Of a DNA stretch of 64,000 bases, positions 1 to 13,819 are shown piece by piece; position 1 is the stretch's first letter; the number at the start of each line of letters is the position of its first letter. Under the pieces are notes generated by a model. That model was not told where the DNA came from. It made no database searches and saw nothing but the letters and a program-made list of their open reading frames with translations. This stretch comes from Octopus vulgaris (Eukaryota), in assembly GCA_951406725.2 (NCBI GenBank), contig OX597828.1, positions 22,258,001 through 22,322,000 on the forward strand, in the 5' to 3' direction. The translations under genes and the position numbers were made by a program.

Positions 1-46
<46 letters not shown>

Positions 47-250
47 ATTGATTATGATGATGGCGACAGCGTTGATGATGAAGTTGATCATAATGATAAT
101 GACGATAACGATGATGACGAGGGATAATACGATTATGATGTTGAAGACAACGACAACAACGAAGGCGGCGGCGGTGGCGGTGGTGAAGAAGAAGAAGAAG
201 AAGAAGAAGAAGAAATAGAAGAAGATGAACAAGAAGAAGAAGAAGAAGAA

Positions 251-312
<62 letters not shown>

Positions 313-672
313 AGAAGAAGAAAACGAAGAAGATGAACAAGAAATAGAAGAAGAAGAAGAAGAAGAAGAAGAAGAAAAAGAGGAAGAAGAAGAAGAAGAA
401 GAAAACGAAGAAGATGAACAAGAAATAGAAGAAGAAGAAGAAGAAGAAGAAGAAGAAGAAGAAGAAGAAGAAGAAGAAGAAGAAGAAGAAGAAGAAGAAG
501 AAGATGTGGATGATGATTTTATGGGTGACCATTCTAGTGATTGTAACACTACTGCTGTTGATGATGATGATGATGATGATAAGGTTGTTGTTTGTAGACT
601 TGTTGATGAAGTTGACGACGAAACCGAGAGAGATGGTGTTGATGATAATGATGATGATGAAGATGATGATGA
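1..672. repeat. Compound trinucleotide microsatellite (GAT)n / (GAA)n
   Basis: (GAT)n at 1-44, near-pure (GAA)n at 184-503, and degenerate (GAT)n to about 672. Confidence 0.97.
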
Positions 673-1449
673 ACGCAGATATCAAAATCTCCAGCACAGA
701 ATGCCAAAACTTTCTGTGCTTGTGTAATCGATTCAGCTGATATTACATGCACGAGATTTATTTCACTGATGTCAGAAAGATAAAATTAAATGTTAACTCT
801 TTCGAGATTTGAGCTTAAAACGCAAAACAACCAGATATGTACCACAGTTTGTATTTCGCTTAAAAAATCTCTGCAACTGTACATCAACGATTATATTCAT
901 AAATACAATATTATATTTCCTGTTCCACTTGCCACAAGAATTCAGTGGTGATATATATCCTTCGCACAAAGCCACAAATAAGGATTGAATTCAAGAGAGA
1001 AAATAACATGAAAAATACTATAAAGTGTATATTTAATAAAACTCTTCTTCTTTCATAATCTACTATGGAAATGAGAGGGTACGAATGTCTATAACCCCAA
1101 AAGGCACCGAAGCGGTAAGTGCTCGAGAAAAACGGATTTGATTTTCGAAATCTACGTCAGAAAGAGGAGGCTTTTGGTAAATGACAATCAAGAAATATAA
1201 TTTGATACGAGAAGTATGTCGCTAAATCTCGTCCTCTCTATTTGCCACATGTATTTATCTGTCTCACTGTCTTTTAAGCTTTCCCTTTCCTATAAATATT
1301 TACTCTTTTTCTGTACATGTACGTCTCTCGTGCATGTAGCTCCGACTGTCTCTCTTTCGCTTTCTCTCCCACTTGATATGACACGTAATTGCTTTTTTTT
1401 TTTTTTAAACGTCGTCACTGTCACGTGTTTGATTTCATTTTGTAATTGA

Positions 1450-1713
1450 CACTATTAAGCAGAAAATGCTAGCTTCCAAATCCTGTTTTCTGATTGGGTG
1501 AAAATTACCAAACTTTAAACGTCTGTAACATTCTTCTAATTTTTTTCTATAAATGAATCAAAATCAGATTGGGCATGAAATATTACGTCAGCTGTGACAG
1601 CAACAGAAAAGGTCCTCTAATACCCTCCTTCTATCTCTTTCTGACAAAAAATAAAATGAAATAATGGCATACTATTGCGAAAATTGTCCAGTAACTGCGG
1701 GCTACTCAGCTAG
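1450..1713 (+). mobile_element. Possible decayed Helitron 3' end
   Basis: Imperfect GC hairpin gtccagtaactgcgggc followed by tactcagCTAG|T at 1710-1714, similar to the Helitron end at 39258-39286. The 5' boundary is unknown. Confidence 0.4.
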
Positions 1714-1879
1714 TTCACTATGTTAAACGCTCTCACGCTGGGGAATTTCGCCCAAGGAAAGGCCGTACCTTAAGCCTGATACGTATACAAGAATAAAGGC
1801 AAAAGAATGTATGTGTGTGCGTGTGTATGTGTTTATGTGGGGTGGGGAGACAGAAGAAAAGAAAGGGATAGAAAGGTTT

Positions 1880-2020
1880 TGTGTGGTAAGAGGTTTGCAT
1901 CCCAAACACATGGTTCAAGCTTCGGTCTCACTGTGTATCATTTGGGAAAAATTTTCTGTTTAGACTCAAGGCGACCATGCCTTGTGAGTGAATAATTTGT
2001 TACACAGAAACTGAAACAAG
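1880..2020 (+). mobile_element. SINE-A 5' fragment (old), interrupted by SINE-B; resumes at 2263
   Basis: Degenerate match to the head of the full-length copy at 11297-11750 (gtgtggtaag...ccttgtgagtg...gaaactgaaa). Confidence 0.8.
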
Positions 2021-2247
2021 ACGGTAAGCTGGCAGAAACGTTAGCACGCCGGGCGAAATGCTTAGCAGTATTTCGTCTGCCACGTTCTCAGTTCAAATTC
2101 CGTCGTGGTCGACTTTGCCTTTGATCATTTCGGGGTCGATAAATTAAGTACCAGTTACGCACTGGGGTCGATGAAATCGACCTAATCCCTTTGTCTGTAC
2201 TTGTATGTCCCCTCTATCTTTAGCCCCTTGTGGGCAATGAAGAAATA
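2021..2247 (+). mobile_element. SINE-B monomer inserted into SINE-A
   Basis: tRNA-like head (tggcagaa... and a gttcaaattcc B box). Perfect 15-bp TSD agaaactgaaacaag at 2006-2020 and 2248-2262. Confidence 0.92.
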
Positions 2248-2305
2248 AGAAACTGAAACAAGCGCGTCGTAAATATATCTGTGTGTATATATGTATGTAT
2301 ATGTG

Positions 2306-2336
<31 letters not shown>

Positions 2337-2671
2337 GGGGGGACCATAAGTCACTCAAGTCACTGAGGGTTTGTAATGTTTGATGATTCTTTTATTTTTT
2401 GACACTTTTCTTTTCTTTTGTGGGAATTTATGGTCCAGGTACTGGAAAATAATTATGGGAAAATATGGCACTGCACAACGCACCCAAGGGATGAAATTGT
2501 TCTAGCAAAAGTAGGGGTCAGTTACTCAAACACAGAAAGCATATCGTTAGCACTTTCAAGTGAGAGATGCCCCAAGTGAAAACAATTAGGAACTTAGTAC
2601 GTCATTTTGAAAAACAAGGGGTAGTAAAGTGATCTTTTATATATATATATATATATATATACACATAGATA

Positions 2672-3363
2672 CTGAATTGGCAAGAAAGTGATTTCGTTTT
2701 TTGCAAACAGATAGAGTTACGATTTTTTAAATTGACTTCTGTCAATCTTATGCATTTTTTTTCCTTTTGACATTTGATAGCCGTTACTGTTCGCTTACTT
2801 TAGAAGCAAATTGATGCTGACCAAATCAAACTCGTAATTGAATCTGATTGTCATATAACTGAGTGAGAGATTGCAGAGAAGTTAATAGCATTACACACAA
2901 CAATTGAAAATCACTTACAATGTCTTGGACTCTTTACGAAGCTCGATATTTGGGTTCCACATAAATTGAAAAAAAAATTCACTTAGCACAACGAATCAAT
3001 ATTTGCGATATGCATCTCAAACGCAATAAAATCTCCCTCCTTTTGAAATGAATCATCATTTGAGACGAGAAATGGATTGTCTAAAATAACCTCAATCGAA
3101 AACGATCACGGGCCAAGCATAATGTTCACGGTTGAAAGCTGAATTGTATAAAAAAAAGTTCATGCTATCAATTTGGTGGGTTGCAAATATGTTGTGCATT
3201 TTGAGCTGCTGCCAACGAACCAAACTATCAATTCAGACGCTTACTGTCAACAACTAATAAAACTGGAGGTAGTGATCGAAGAAAAATGGTCAGAATTGGT
3301 AAACAGTAAAGGAATCATGACAATGCTATACCACACATATCTTTGCTAACTCGTAAAAAATTA
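2672..3363 (+). mobile_element. Mariner (DD34D) transposon, 5' part, pseudogenised
   Basis: TA followed by TIR-like ctgaattggcaagaaagtgatttcg. Translated motifs WVPHKL (2951), DEKW (3064) and HDNAIPH (3316), with stops and frameshifts. Confidence 0.92.
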
Positions 3364-5456
3364 GACTGGCCAGTAAATTCTAACCTTTCTTCTGCTGACC
3401 TAAGTTTGAGATCTACTTTGGAGTAATTTGGGGTCAGTGAGTTTAAAAATGGCAATAGTGTTTCTTCTATCGCTTCTAGTTTTGTTTTTGTTTTTCTCTG
3501 AGCTGTCCCATATTGGCCCACCTTTAGCTACATGCTTGAAATTTTTGGATTCCACTGACTCTTTTTATTATATATGAGGTTGTTTTACAATATCAAAGAC
3601 AAAGAATGAACGTTAGTGACATTGTTAAAAGATACTACTGGGTTTCCTTAAAGATTAATGATGGTGATCCGAGTAAATCGTGGGCCAGCACAATGTATAT
3701 AAACCCTCTGCAGAAAATCTATACCAATGGACAAAGGGCACAAGGGAACAATTAAAATTTGTGGGAACCACAGAACCATGTAAACGATTGCTACTTTTGT
3801 CTCAGAAGAGAATGTGACAGAAAATACGTTACCCAAATCTGGATTCAGAAATTCATCCACTGCTTCACTCAGATGGAATACCAGTACCCGTTTTCAAGGA
3901 TCTACCTTCACTTCAAATTGAAAGTGATGATATATGTGAAGTAGATATAAACCATGAACATGATAGTGGTATAGACTTTGTAGAAACATCGACCAAAGAA
4001 CGTGAAAACTTCAACCAGGTAGAACTTAAGGGTTCAGTTAGATACCTAGGACTGTGTAAAGAGTTATGAGAACTGTTAGTTTCTAGACTTAAAGAGGAGG
4101 AATTTGGTGCAGAAAGAAACAAACGTGACGTTTTATCAGAACAAAGAAAAATATCTCTTGGCATTCTTTAAATCTGGAAAACATTTTGTTTACTGTCGTG
4201 GCGTAGTGGGACTGTTAAACGCGATGGGTGTTGAAAAGTATGATCCTAGTGAATGGAGACACTTTATAGTTAGTTCAAAGAAGGGTCTAACACGCGTATT
4301 ACTCTATAATGGAAACTTGTTTGGTGCGCTTCCTGTTGGTCAGTCTGTGTATATTAAAGAGAATTATTATCACATAAATGTTTTATTAATTTCACTTAAG
4401 TATGATGAATGCAAATGGGTTATATGTGTGGATAAAAATGGTCAACTTTTTATTTGGCCAACAAGGAGGGTATATAAAATATCTTTGCTTCCTATGTTTA
4501 TGGGATAGCCAAGCGAGAGACAAACATCGAGAACAGAAACTCTGGCCAGTTAGGAAAAGTTTGACTGTTAGGGAGAAGAATATCATACACCAACCACTTG
4601 TTGAGCGAGAGAAAATCATCTTCTGATCCCTTCATATTAAACTAGGACTAATGAAGTAATTTGTCAAAGCTCTTAATTTGGAAGGTAACTGTTTCAAATT
4701 CATTTGTACATTTCGTGCCCTAATGGCCACAAATCTGGAGGTCAACGAAATGCCAGAACGTCTCGTGTTTGATGGCTGACCTTGAAAAATAACATTCTTT
4801 TGTGACTGTTATGAAAGGATTTTGTGGGAAGTCAAAAGTCTGCAAACTGAAAATATTTGGCAGAGTCATTACTTGACAGCTTTCATCTTTTAAGCTGCAA
4901 CATGAGCATAAAGCTTCATTTCCTCATTAGCCATTTTCGTGAATTTACTGCTAACAACGGAGACGTGAGCGATGAGTATGGTGAGTGTTTCATAAAAAAA
5001 AAATCAAGATTATAAATGAGAGATATCAAAGGCCAATGGAACACACACATGACGGCAGACTACTGTTGGAGTATTCAAAGAGACTGTGTAGACATGGAAC
5101 ACCCCACATACTCTCGCAAGCGAAAACGTGTTCAAAGAATATGAAGGTGTATGTATGATGGATTGTGCTTTATCCATCATATTAGAAAATTAACAGAATA
5201 TATTTCGTAAAAGGTGATGCTATCTTACATTTCATATTCTATTGACATTTATAACTAAGGGTTTTAAGCTATAAAACTTAGTAAACTATCCTGACCAAGT
5301 AAATTATTTATAGAGTACAGCATAAAATAAGGGTATGCTATAGAATGATAACCTGATGTGTTAGGGAAACATGGATGCCATATTTGAAATCAGCATCGCA
5401 AAATTAACTACAAACAACCGCAAAACCCAAATCTGCAAAACGTGTGTTGACTAGTG
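3364..5456 (+). mobile_element. Chapaev3 (CMC superfamily) DNA transposon, decayed, nested in mariner
   Basis: Transposase motifs WEPQNHVNDCYFC, VLLYNGN, KMVNFLFGQQGGYIKYLCFLCLWDS, LHIKLGLMK, CNMSIKLHFL and ADYCWSI. 3-bp TSD TTA (3361-63 and 5457-59). Imperfect TIR ending GTG. Confidence 0.88.
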
Positions 5457-5765
5457 TTATTGGAGCTTGGTTGGGAAGTCATGTCATATCCACTATATAG
5501 CCCTGAGCTTGCACCATCAGATTACCATTTATTTCCAAGTTTGCAAAATTTTTTCATTGGTAAAACATATAATAACGATGCTGACCTGAAATCAAACTTC
5601 CTTCAGTTTTGGGCTAATAAGGACCAGAAGTTCTGTGAGCGCGGAATCTTCAAGTTGCAAGAAATATGGTTAAAGGTCACCGGACAAAATAGAGATATAA
5701 TTGATTAAAGTTCATGCTTTGCATTAATAAAACTGACTTTTATTTCACCTTAAAGAGGCAATCAC
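5457..5765 (+). mobile_element. Mariner (DD34D) transposon, 3' part
   Basis: ORF 5454-5708 LLELGWEVMSYPLYSPELAPSDYHLF (YSPDLAPSD-type motif). Partial right TIR aaagaggcaatcac. Confidence 0.92.
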
Positions 5766-5849
5766 AACATACGCACGCACACACGCACACACACACACAC
5801 ACACACGCGCACACACACATATGCTTGTGTGTATGTGTGTATTTTTGCA

Positions 5850-5945
5850 TTTGCTTTCTGTGTTTGTTTCACCCTACCGCTTCACTACCGGTGGCAGCGT
5901 GTTTACAACCTCATAACTTAACGGTTTCGGTAACAAAACCGATGG

Positions 5946-5950
<5 letters not shown>
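5850..5950 (+). mobile_element. SINE-A internal fragment
   Basis: Degenerate match to gtgtttacgtccc...acttagcggttcggcaaaagaccgatagaataa. Confidence 0.65.
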
Positions 5951-5994
<44 letters not shown>

Positions 5995-6632
5995 CACGAC
6001 ACGTACCAGAAACTACAGCATGTCGCAATTCGCGCCATGTGGCACACATAGGAAGGGACATAGTGTATCCTGATCAATATAGCGACAAGTACAGGAAGTC
6101 ATACTTCGTCCGTATCGACGATTACCATTGATTTGCAAGATCAACTAAATTCATTTAATTAGACGATAAGTGAATCAGTATTCCTCAGAAAAGCGCCTCT
6201 TCAGAACTATTATCAGAAGGAAATAAATACAATCACATGTGACAATACTGGTCCTTCCAAACACAGGTATAACAAATCCGATAGTCTTCTGCATAGTTTC
6301 CGTGTAAAACGTCTACCGAATTTTACTGAAAGTGTAACAGTTCACCGAGGGCTGTACAGAGTGGCATGCACATTCACACACACAGTCACGCGTGCACAAA
6401 ATCATACACCCAGACATGCACACACACACATACACACACACACACACGCGCGCACACATATATAGATACTCGTCTATGTATATGCATGTATAAGTTCCTG
6501 CCGTATATATGTATATGAAAATACACACACACACAAAACCACACACAGAAATTCACACCCATACATATGTATGTATATATTCTTGCATTTATGTTATATA
6601 TGTGTACACACACAAACACAGAGAATTATATG

Positions 6633-6635
<3 letters not shown>

Positions 6636-6697
<62 letters not shown>

Positions 6698-6722
6698 ATA
6701 TGTACACCTATATATATGTATG

Positions 6723-6757
<35 letters not shown>

Positions 6758-7020
6758 GTGTATATATATATATGTATATACATATATATATATATATACA
6801 TTCATATACATACATACATACACAAATATACTTATGTGTGTGAGTGTATGCACATATGTGTACTAAAACATACTTACGTACCAACACATATGCACACACA
6901 TATTTGTATGTATGTACATATTTCTGTTTACATAGGTGAACACATACATGCATACATGTACACTTATATATATTTACACACACATATGTGTTTGTGTGTG
7001 TGTGTGTGTGTTGGTATGCG
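6636..7020. repeat. (CT)n(TA)n and degenerate TA/TG/CA microsatellite field
   Basis: Read directly from the sequence. Confidence 0.9.
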
Positions 7021-7565
7021 TGTTTGCTTGTACATGATCCCCATATGTATCGATACGTTGTCTACACATGTATATTTAATTCTTGTGTACATTTACGCCT
7101 ATTTATACGGCCGTCTCGTCGCCATTGGCAAATTGTTATTTCCAATTAGCATTGGACGCATTTACTCACAAATTTTGCACTTACATATACGAATTGCTAT
7201 TTGCCCGCTCACACCACCAACAATATCTCTCACTCTCTCTCTCTCACTCATTTTCCCCTCTTTCTCTCCCTCTCGGTCATTCTCACCTGTATTTCACCCC
7301 CAACACTCTTTTACCCTTTCGCTTTTCCTCTCTCCCTGCTTTCTCTACTTTGCAATATCACATCACGATTAATTATCATACTCTCTCGGACAATTACTTC
7401 ACTTTGCCTGCCTGTTTGTTTGCCTGTCTGTCTGTCTTTCAATGTATCTGTATGTATGTGTGTCTATCTCACTATTTCATTCTCTCCCTTTTACCCTTAT
7501 CTCTATCTCTCTCGCTCTGTATCTTTCTGATGTTTAATTTTTCTGCCTACGCTTCATCCCATTGA

Positions 7566-7653
<88 letters not shown>

Positions 7654-7712
7654 TTCGCTGTCTGTCTGTCTATCTGTCTATATATCTATCTATCTATTTG
7701 TCTGTCTATCTG

Positions 7713-7788
<76 letters not shown>

Positions 7789-7822
7789 CCTTGCTGTATG
7801 TTTGTCTATCTATCTATCTATA
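7566..7822. repeat. (CTAT)n tetranucleotide microsatellite
   Basis: Read directly from the sequence. Confidence 0.97.
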
Positions 7823-8257
7823 TATCATCCAAACTTTCTATGTATCTGTGCTTACCTTGCTCTCTGTCTTACTCCAACTAACGAATTATCTTCCATTATA
7901 TATATGCATCTTTCCATTCTCTCTCTAAATCCATTTCCTTCTCTCCCAGTCCGCTTTCCCTCTTAACAGTAGGATTTTCCCACTCCTCCTTCACACCACT
8001 ATCCTCCCTCATCCATTATTACTCAATCGTTGTTCAATTATCACTTCCCTTGTACTTTCACTTTCACTTTCAACATCCCACACACGCACTGTATTTATAA
8101 GCGTCACAATCTCCCTTTTATTCGAAGACAAATGTTGTATTGGCCTTCTTTGAAACTATTTATCTTGATGCCCTTCTCTTACTTCCTCTCTCATAATTTC
8201 GTATCAATCGTTCTTTACTTTTTCTTCTCTTATTACTGCCTTTTATTTGATTTCATC

Positions 8258-8500
8258 CTTTATTTGTTTCGCCATTAGATTGCGGCCATGCTGGAGCACC
8301 GCTTTATAGAATTTTTAGTCGAATGAATCGACGACGGTACTTACTTGCCTGTAAAGCCTTGTACTTATCATATCGGGTTCTTTTGCCGAACTTCTGGGTC
8401 ACGGGGACGTAAACACACTAACGCCAGCTGTCAAGCGGTGAAGAAGGGCAAAGACAAACACAAAAATACACGAAGACACGCAAACCCACAGACTCACAAA
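8258..8500 (-). mobile_element. SINE-A 3' half
   Basis: tgcggccatgctggagcaccgc...cttttgccgaac...cggggacgtaaacacac is the reverse complement of the SINE-A tail. Confidence 0.85.
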
Positions 8501-8527
8501 TGTATGTATATATATATATATATAACT

Positions 8528-8794
8528 AAATAAATAAAATAAAAATAAATGCGCCCTTTTAAAGCCTAAACTGGCTCATGGGCCCGGTTTCCCGGTTTCA
8601 ATGGCGGATGTGTTCCCCAGCTGGACGGGATCCCAGTCCATCGCAGCGTTAATCATTTGTGCCAGCTGAGCGGACTGGAGCAACGTGAAATGAAGTGTTT
8701 TGCTCACGAACACAACGCGTCACCCGGTCCAGGAATCAAAACCACAATCTTACGATCATGGTGCTGACACCCTAACCACTGAGCCACGCACCTC

Positions 8795-8795
<1 letters not shown>
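8528..8795 (-). mobile_element. SINE-D (tRNA head + CORE-like centre + tail 1)
   Basis: Minus strand reads ggaggtgcgtggctcagtggttagg (A box), a B-box-like gattcc, CORE-like gagcaaaacacttcatttcacgttgctccagtc, and a (TTTA)-rich 3' tail. Confidence 0.85.
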
Positions 8796-8844
<49 letters not shown>

Positions 8845-8862
8845 TATATATATATATGTATG

Positions 8863-8893
<31 letters not shown>

Positions 8894-8933
8894 ATATATA
8901 TGTATATATATATATTTATATATATATGTATGA

Positions 8934-8978
<45 letters not shown>

Positions 8979-8983
8979 GTCTG

Positions 8984-9030
<47 letters not shown>

Positions 9031-9046
9031 CTCTCTCTCTCTCTAT

Positions 9047-9098
<52 letters not shown>

Positions 9099-9194
9099 CA
9101 TTAGTTGGTGGAGATGGATTTTGTACTAGTTATTTATTAGGTACAACATATGTTTCGACTCATACTTATTTATCCAAATTATTTATAATATAAG

Positions 9195-9775
<581 letters not shown>

Positions 9776-10460
9776 AGTTCCTTTCTTTCTTTCTTTCTTT
9801 CTTTCTTGCTTGCTTGCTTTCTTGCACGCTTTCTTTCCTTTCGTTTCCTTTTTCTTGCTTTCCCAGGTTCTATGTTTTTGTCATTCATTCTTTTGCCATT
9901 CATTCATCACTTCTTTTTTCATCTTCTTTCTTTTGTTTCTTTTTTCCTGTTATTCGTTCATTCGTTCGCTCAATCATTGTTTCAATCCTTTCTTCACTTC
10001 TTTTATTTTATTCATTCTTTTTTTTCTTTTCTCTTTACTCTTTCTTTTTCACTCATTGTTTCTTTCCTTCTCATGTTCGTTCCCTCCTTCTTGCACTCTT
10101 TAATTTTCCATTTTTTCTTTCTTTATTTTGTCCTTCCTTCTTTCCTTCATTCAATTCTTCATTCATTCACTCATTCATTCCTGCATTTTTTCTCTCTCAC
10201 TCCGCTTTTTGTTCTTGCATATTCTTTAATTACTTTCCACTTAGCTTCCTTGTTGCTCTTTGCTCGTTTCACCCTCACTCCCTCTTCCTTCGCTCCCCTT
10301 CTCTTCTCTCTCATTACCTCTGTCTCATTCTCTTTTCCTCACACTCTCTCTCTCTCTGCGTACCTTTTCTCCAAATTCTATGCCAAATCAATCATCTATA
10401 CGTTCCGTCTCCGTCAATCATCGTAGACCACTCTCCTTCTCTCTCCCTCATTTCACACAG
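9776..10460. repeat. Pyrimidine-rich low-complexity tract
   Basis: Degenerate (CTTT)n, (CATT)n and (CT)n. Confidence 0.85.
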
Positions 10461-10789
10461 TTTCGTACAAACCACAACACTCTGCCTTCTCGCTCGTACA
10501 CCCTTTATCGTCTAACTTTGTCAACCATTACCTTAACAACAGCAACCAAAAGATAGACAACGACAAGAACAGCAGCAACAACAACGACGAACACAACAAC
10601 AGTAATTGCACCAGAAATATCGATAACAACAAGAGCAAGAACAATAAAAATAACGAGAACAATAACAAAGTCGGCAACAAATCTGATAATGTAAAAACAG
10701 CTAAATAGAAAACAATGACAAATATACAACAGCCGCGTCACCAACAACAGCAACAACATCCATAAAATAATATGGAGGATAATAAATCT

Positions 10790-11056
10790 AATACTCTTAC
10801 TCTTTTACTCTTTTACTTGTTTCAGTCAGTTGACTGCGGCCATGCTGGAGCACCGCCTTTTGTCGAGCAAATCGACCCCGGGACTTATTCCTTGTAAGCC
10901 CAGTACTTATTCTATCGGTCTCTTTTGCCGAACCGCTAAGTAACGGGGACATAAACACACCAGCATCGGTTGTCAAGCAATGCTAGGGGGACAAACACAG
11001 ACACACACAAACATACACATACATATATATATACATATATACGACAGGCTTCTTTC
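10790..11056 (-). mobile_element. SINE-A 3' part (young)
   Basis: High identity to the reverse complement of 11447-11750, with a (TACTCTT)n-type tail at 10790-10815. Confidence 0.92.
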
Positions 11057-11227
11057 GAGGTTGGGGGTAAGTCAAATACGTCGATACCTGTGCTCACTTG
11101 GTATTTATTTTATGGACCATCTAAGGGACAAAGGGCAAGGTCGACCTCAGCGGGATTTGAATACCAAACATAATGGCAAACGAAATGCCGCTATGCATCT
11201 TGCGCGGTGTGCTTCCGGTTTTTCCAG
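11057..11227 (-). mobile_element. SINE-B, degenerate
   Basis: ggcaaggtcgacctcagcgggatttgaa...gaaatgccgctatgcat. Confidence 0.8.
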
Positions 11228-11296
11228 AACAGCGATGTCGAACACAAGATGAATATCGGTAGCAACAGCAACAACAATAATAAAAGTAAACAAACA

Positions 11297-11463
11297 TAGG
11301 CGCAGGAGGGGCTGTGTGGTAAGTAGCTTGCTAACCAACCACATGGTTCCGGGTTCAGTCGCACTGCGTGACATCTTGGGCAAATGTCTTCTGCTATAGT
11401 CTCGGGCCGACCAAAGCCTTGTGAGTGGATTTGGTAGACGGAAACTGAAAGAAGCCTTTCGTA

Positions 11464-11544
<81 letters not shown>

Positions 11545-11750
11545 ATGTTTGTCTGTGTCTGTCTCTCTAGCATTGTTTGACAACCGATGCTGGTGTGTTT
11601 ACGTCCCTGTCACTTAGCGGTTCGGCAAAAGACCGATAGAATAAGTACTGGGCTTAGAAAGAATAAGTCCCGGGGTCGATTTGGTCGACTAAAGGCGGTG
11701 CTCCAGCATGGCCGCAGTCAAATGACTGAAACAAGTAAAAAAAAAAAAAG
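11297..11750 (+). mobile_element. SINE-A, full length
   Basis: tRNA-like head ggcgcagg..ggctgtgtggtaag...gggttcagtc, internal (TA)n(TG)n, and tail ggcggtgctccagcatggccgcagtc...A-rich. 12-bp TSD agtaaacaaaca (11285-96 and 11751-62). Confidence 0.95.
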
Positions 11751-11984
11751 AGTAAACAAACAACAGCAAAAACACCAAACGCTAGAGCAACGGCAAGTAT
11801 GCATGAGCAAAGTAACATTGTCATAATGTGGAAACAGTCACAAGACACTGTAAGAAATATGGCGAATTCTACTATACATGTTTCTGTCCATCGACACAAA
11901 ACTGACGTAGCTACCAAATATTATTGAATCCAGGACACTATTTGGCATGTGTGTTCGATCTTCGAACCATGATAAGAGCTTCAA

Positions 11985-12555
11985 CAATTGCCGATCGACT
12001 TGTTAGATATAGCAGACATAACTCGTCAAAATTTCACTTAGACTTTTTAAAGTATGAACGACACACGTACCAATTGCACTGAATTCTATCGTCCTAACTA
12101 GCACGGTAACATTTACATGATTAATTGAATTGAAAGATACAGCAGGCGAAACCTCCTCAACATTCAACTTAACTCTCTTAGTATATAAGTCACACTTATA
12201 ATAATGCTCTCATCTCTTCCATTACAGGACTACAAATAAACATCTATGTGATTCATCGACTTGCTAGATATAGTAGGTGAATACTGTTCAATATTATATT
12301 CAAGCATCTTAAAGCGCGAACGATACACGTAACTGTGCACTCATATCTGTATTCTATTTTTGGACTACGAAAAAATTTCCAGATGACCCATCTCTCCGCT
12401 AGATATGGATATATCCTTCAAATTACACTGAAATTTTAAAAACTAAACAACATATGCGATAGCGCACTAAAAATATTGTTGGAGAGAACAGGATGACTTC
12501 ACCGTTGTCCATATGCTATATATAGCAGCTAAATCACTCTCAAATTACGACAAAC
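11985..12555 (+). repeat. Decayed tandem array, about 130-bp period, about 5 units
   Basis: Motif (cgacttg)ctagatatagcag...ctcaaattac recurs near 12005, 12136, 12265, 12401 and 12518. Confidence 0.6.
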
Positions 12556-13061
12556 GCGGCATTAACCCGAAATACACACAAAGATAAATATAAGAACGAA
12601 TTGTGGATCCACAGCGAATCGAATGACAACTATCGCTTCATCTCGGCTGCATATAATCTTAACAGCAACAACAACAACATCACCAACAATTACAACAACC
12701 CATTTTCTCTCTTCTTCCTAAACTGATTCATTCAAATGTCATTGTATTGTTTTAATATCCTCGAAATTCGTTGCTCACGTGACGAAACCTTTCAAAGGAA
12801 ACCATGGTTTAACAGAGAGGAGGACGTTGTTAAAATATGGAGATTTCTTCTAGAAATCAGAAAGGACCACAGAAGGCAATTATTATACCATTCCGATAAC
12901 TGTTATAGTTCTCTGCCATATTTCACAAAGTATTATCATATTTATGCTTCATATAATTCTAGTATAATCTCTAATAAGTTCAAACTCCTTCCACCTTACC
13001 TCTTACCGCTTGCGTTCGCCTTTCCTTATATTTATGTCCGTCATTTCCTTCCTTCTTTCCG

Positions 13062-13112
<51 letters not shown>

Positions 13113-13231
13113 GTCTTTCTTTCTTTCTTTCCTTTTTTTACCCTTTTCTCTCTATATACTTTTACTCCGTCGCATTTTTTCATTCTCGAAACATCCTTTG
13201 TCTTACATATTCCACATAAACGTTTAAATAT

Positions 13232-13252
13232 CTACTGCTGCTGCTGTTGCTG

Positions 13253-13312
<60 letters not shown>

Positions 13313-13404
13313 TTACTACTACTGCTGCTGCTGCTGCTACGATTACTACTACTACTGCTGTGCTGCTGCTACGACTACTAATACTACTACCGCTGCTGCT
13401 GCAG

Positions 13405-13500
<96 letters not shown>

Positions 13501-13655
13501 TACATAAATATACAAATGTATATATATATATGAGTCTGTCTCTGCGAATGTAAAATGTATGTATGTATGTATGTATGCATGTATGTATGTATGTATGTAT
13601 GTATGTATGTATGGATGGATGGATGGATGGATGGATGGATGGATGGATGGATGTA
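13232..13655. repeat. (CTA)n/(CTG)n then (TATG)n(GATG)n microsatellites
   Basis: Read directly from the sequence. Confidence 0.95.
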
Positions 13656-13819
13656 TGCAATAGACATACGGACGCACAAATAGGCACACATCCGAGCACA
13701 GTCATATATTGGAAACATTCTGGTTCACCAAAAGCGTTTTTGAATACCTCGAAATGTTTGATGCAACAGCATTAAGTGTATCAAATAAACGAAATAAACC
13801 AAATGTATATATCTATATA

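Noticed and set aside
184-503. Higher-order repeat of about 80 bp within (GAA)n; similar block duplication at 33441-33840
   Set aside because: Ordinary slippage or unequal exchange within microsatellites.
12736-13227. 163-aa ORF
   Set aside because: Its length is due to (CTTT)n read-through, and the non-repetitive part shows no known motif.
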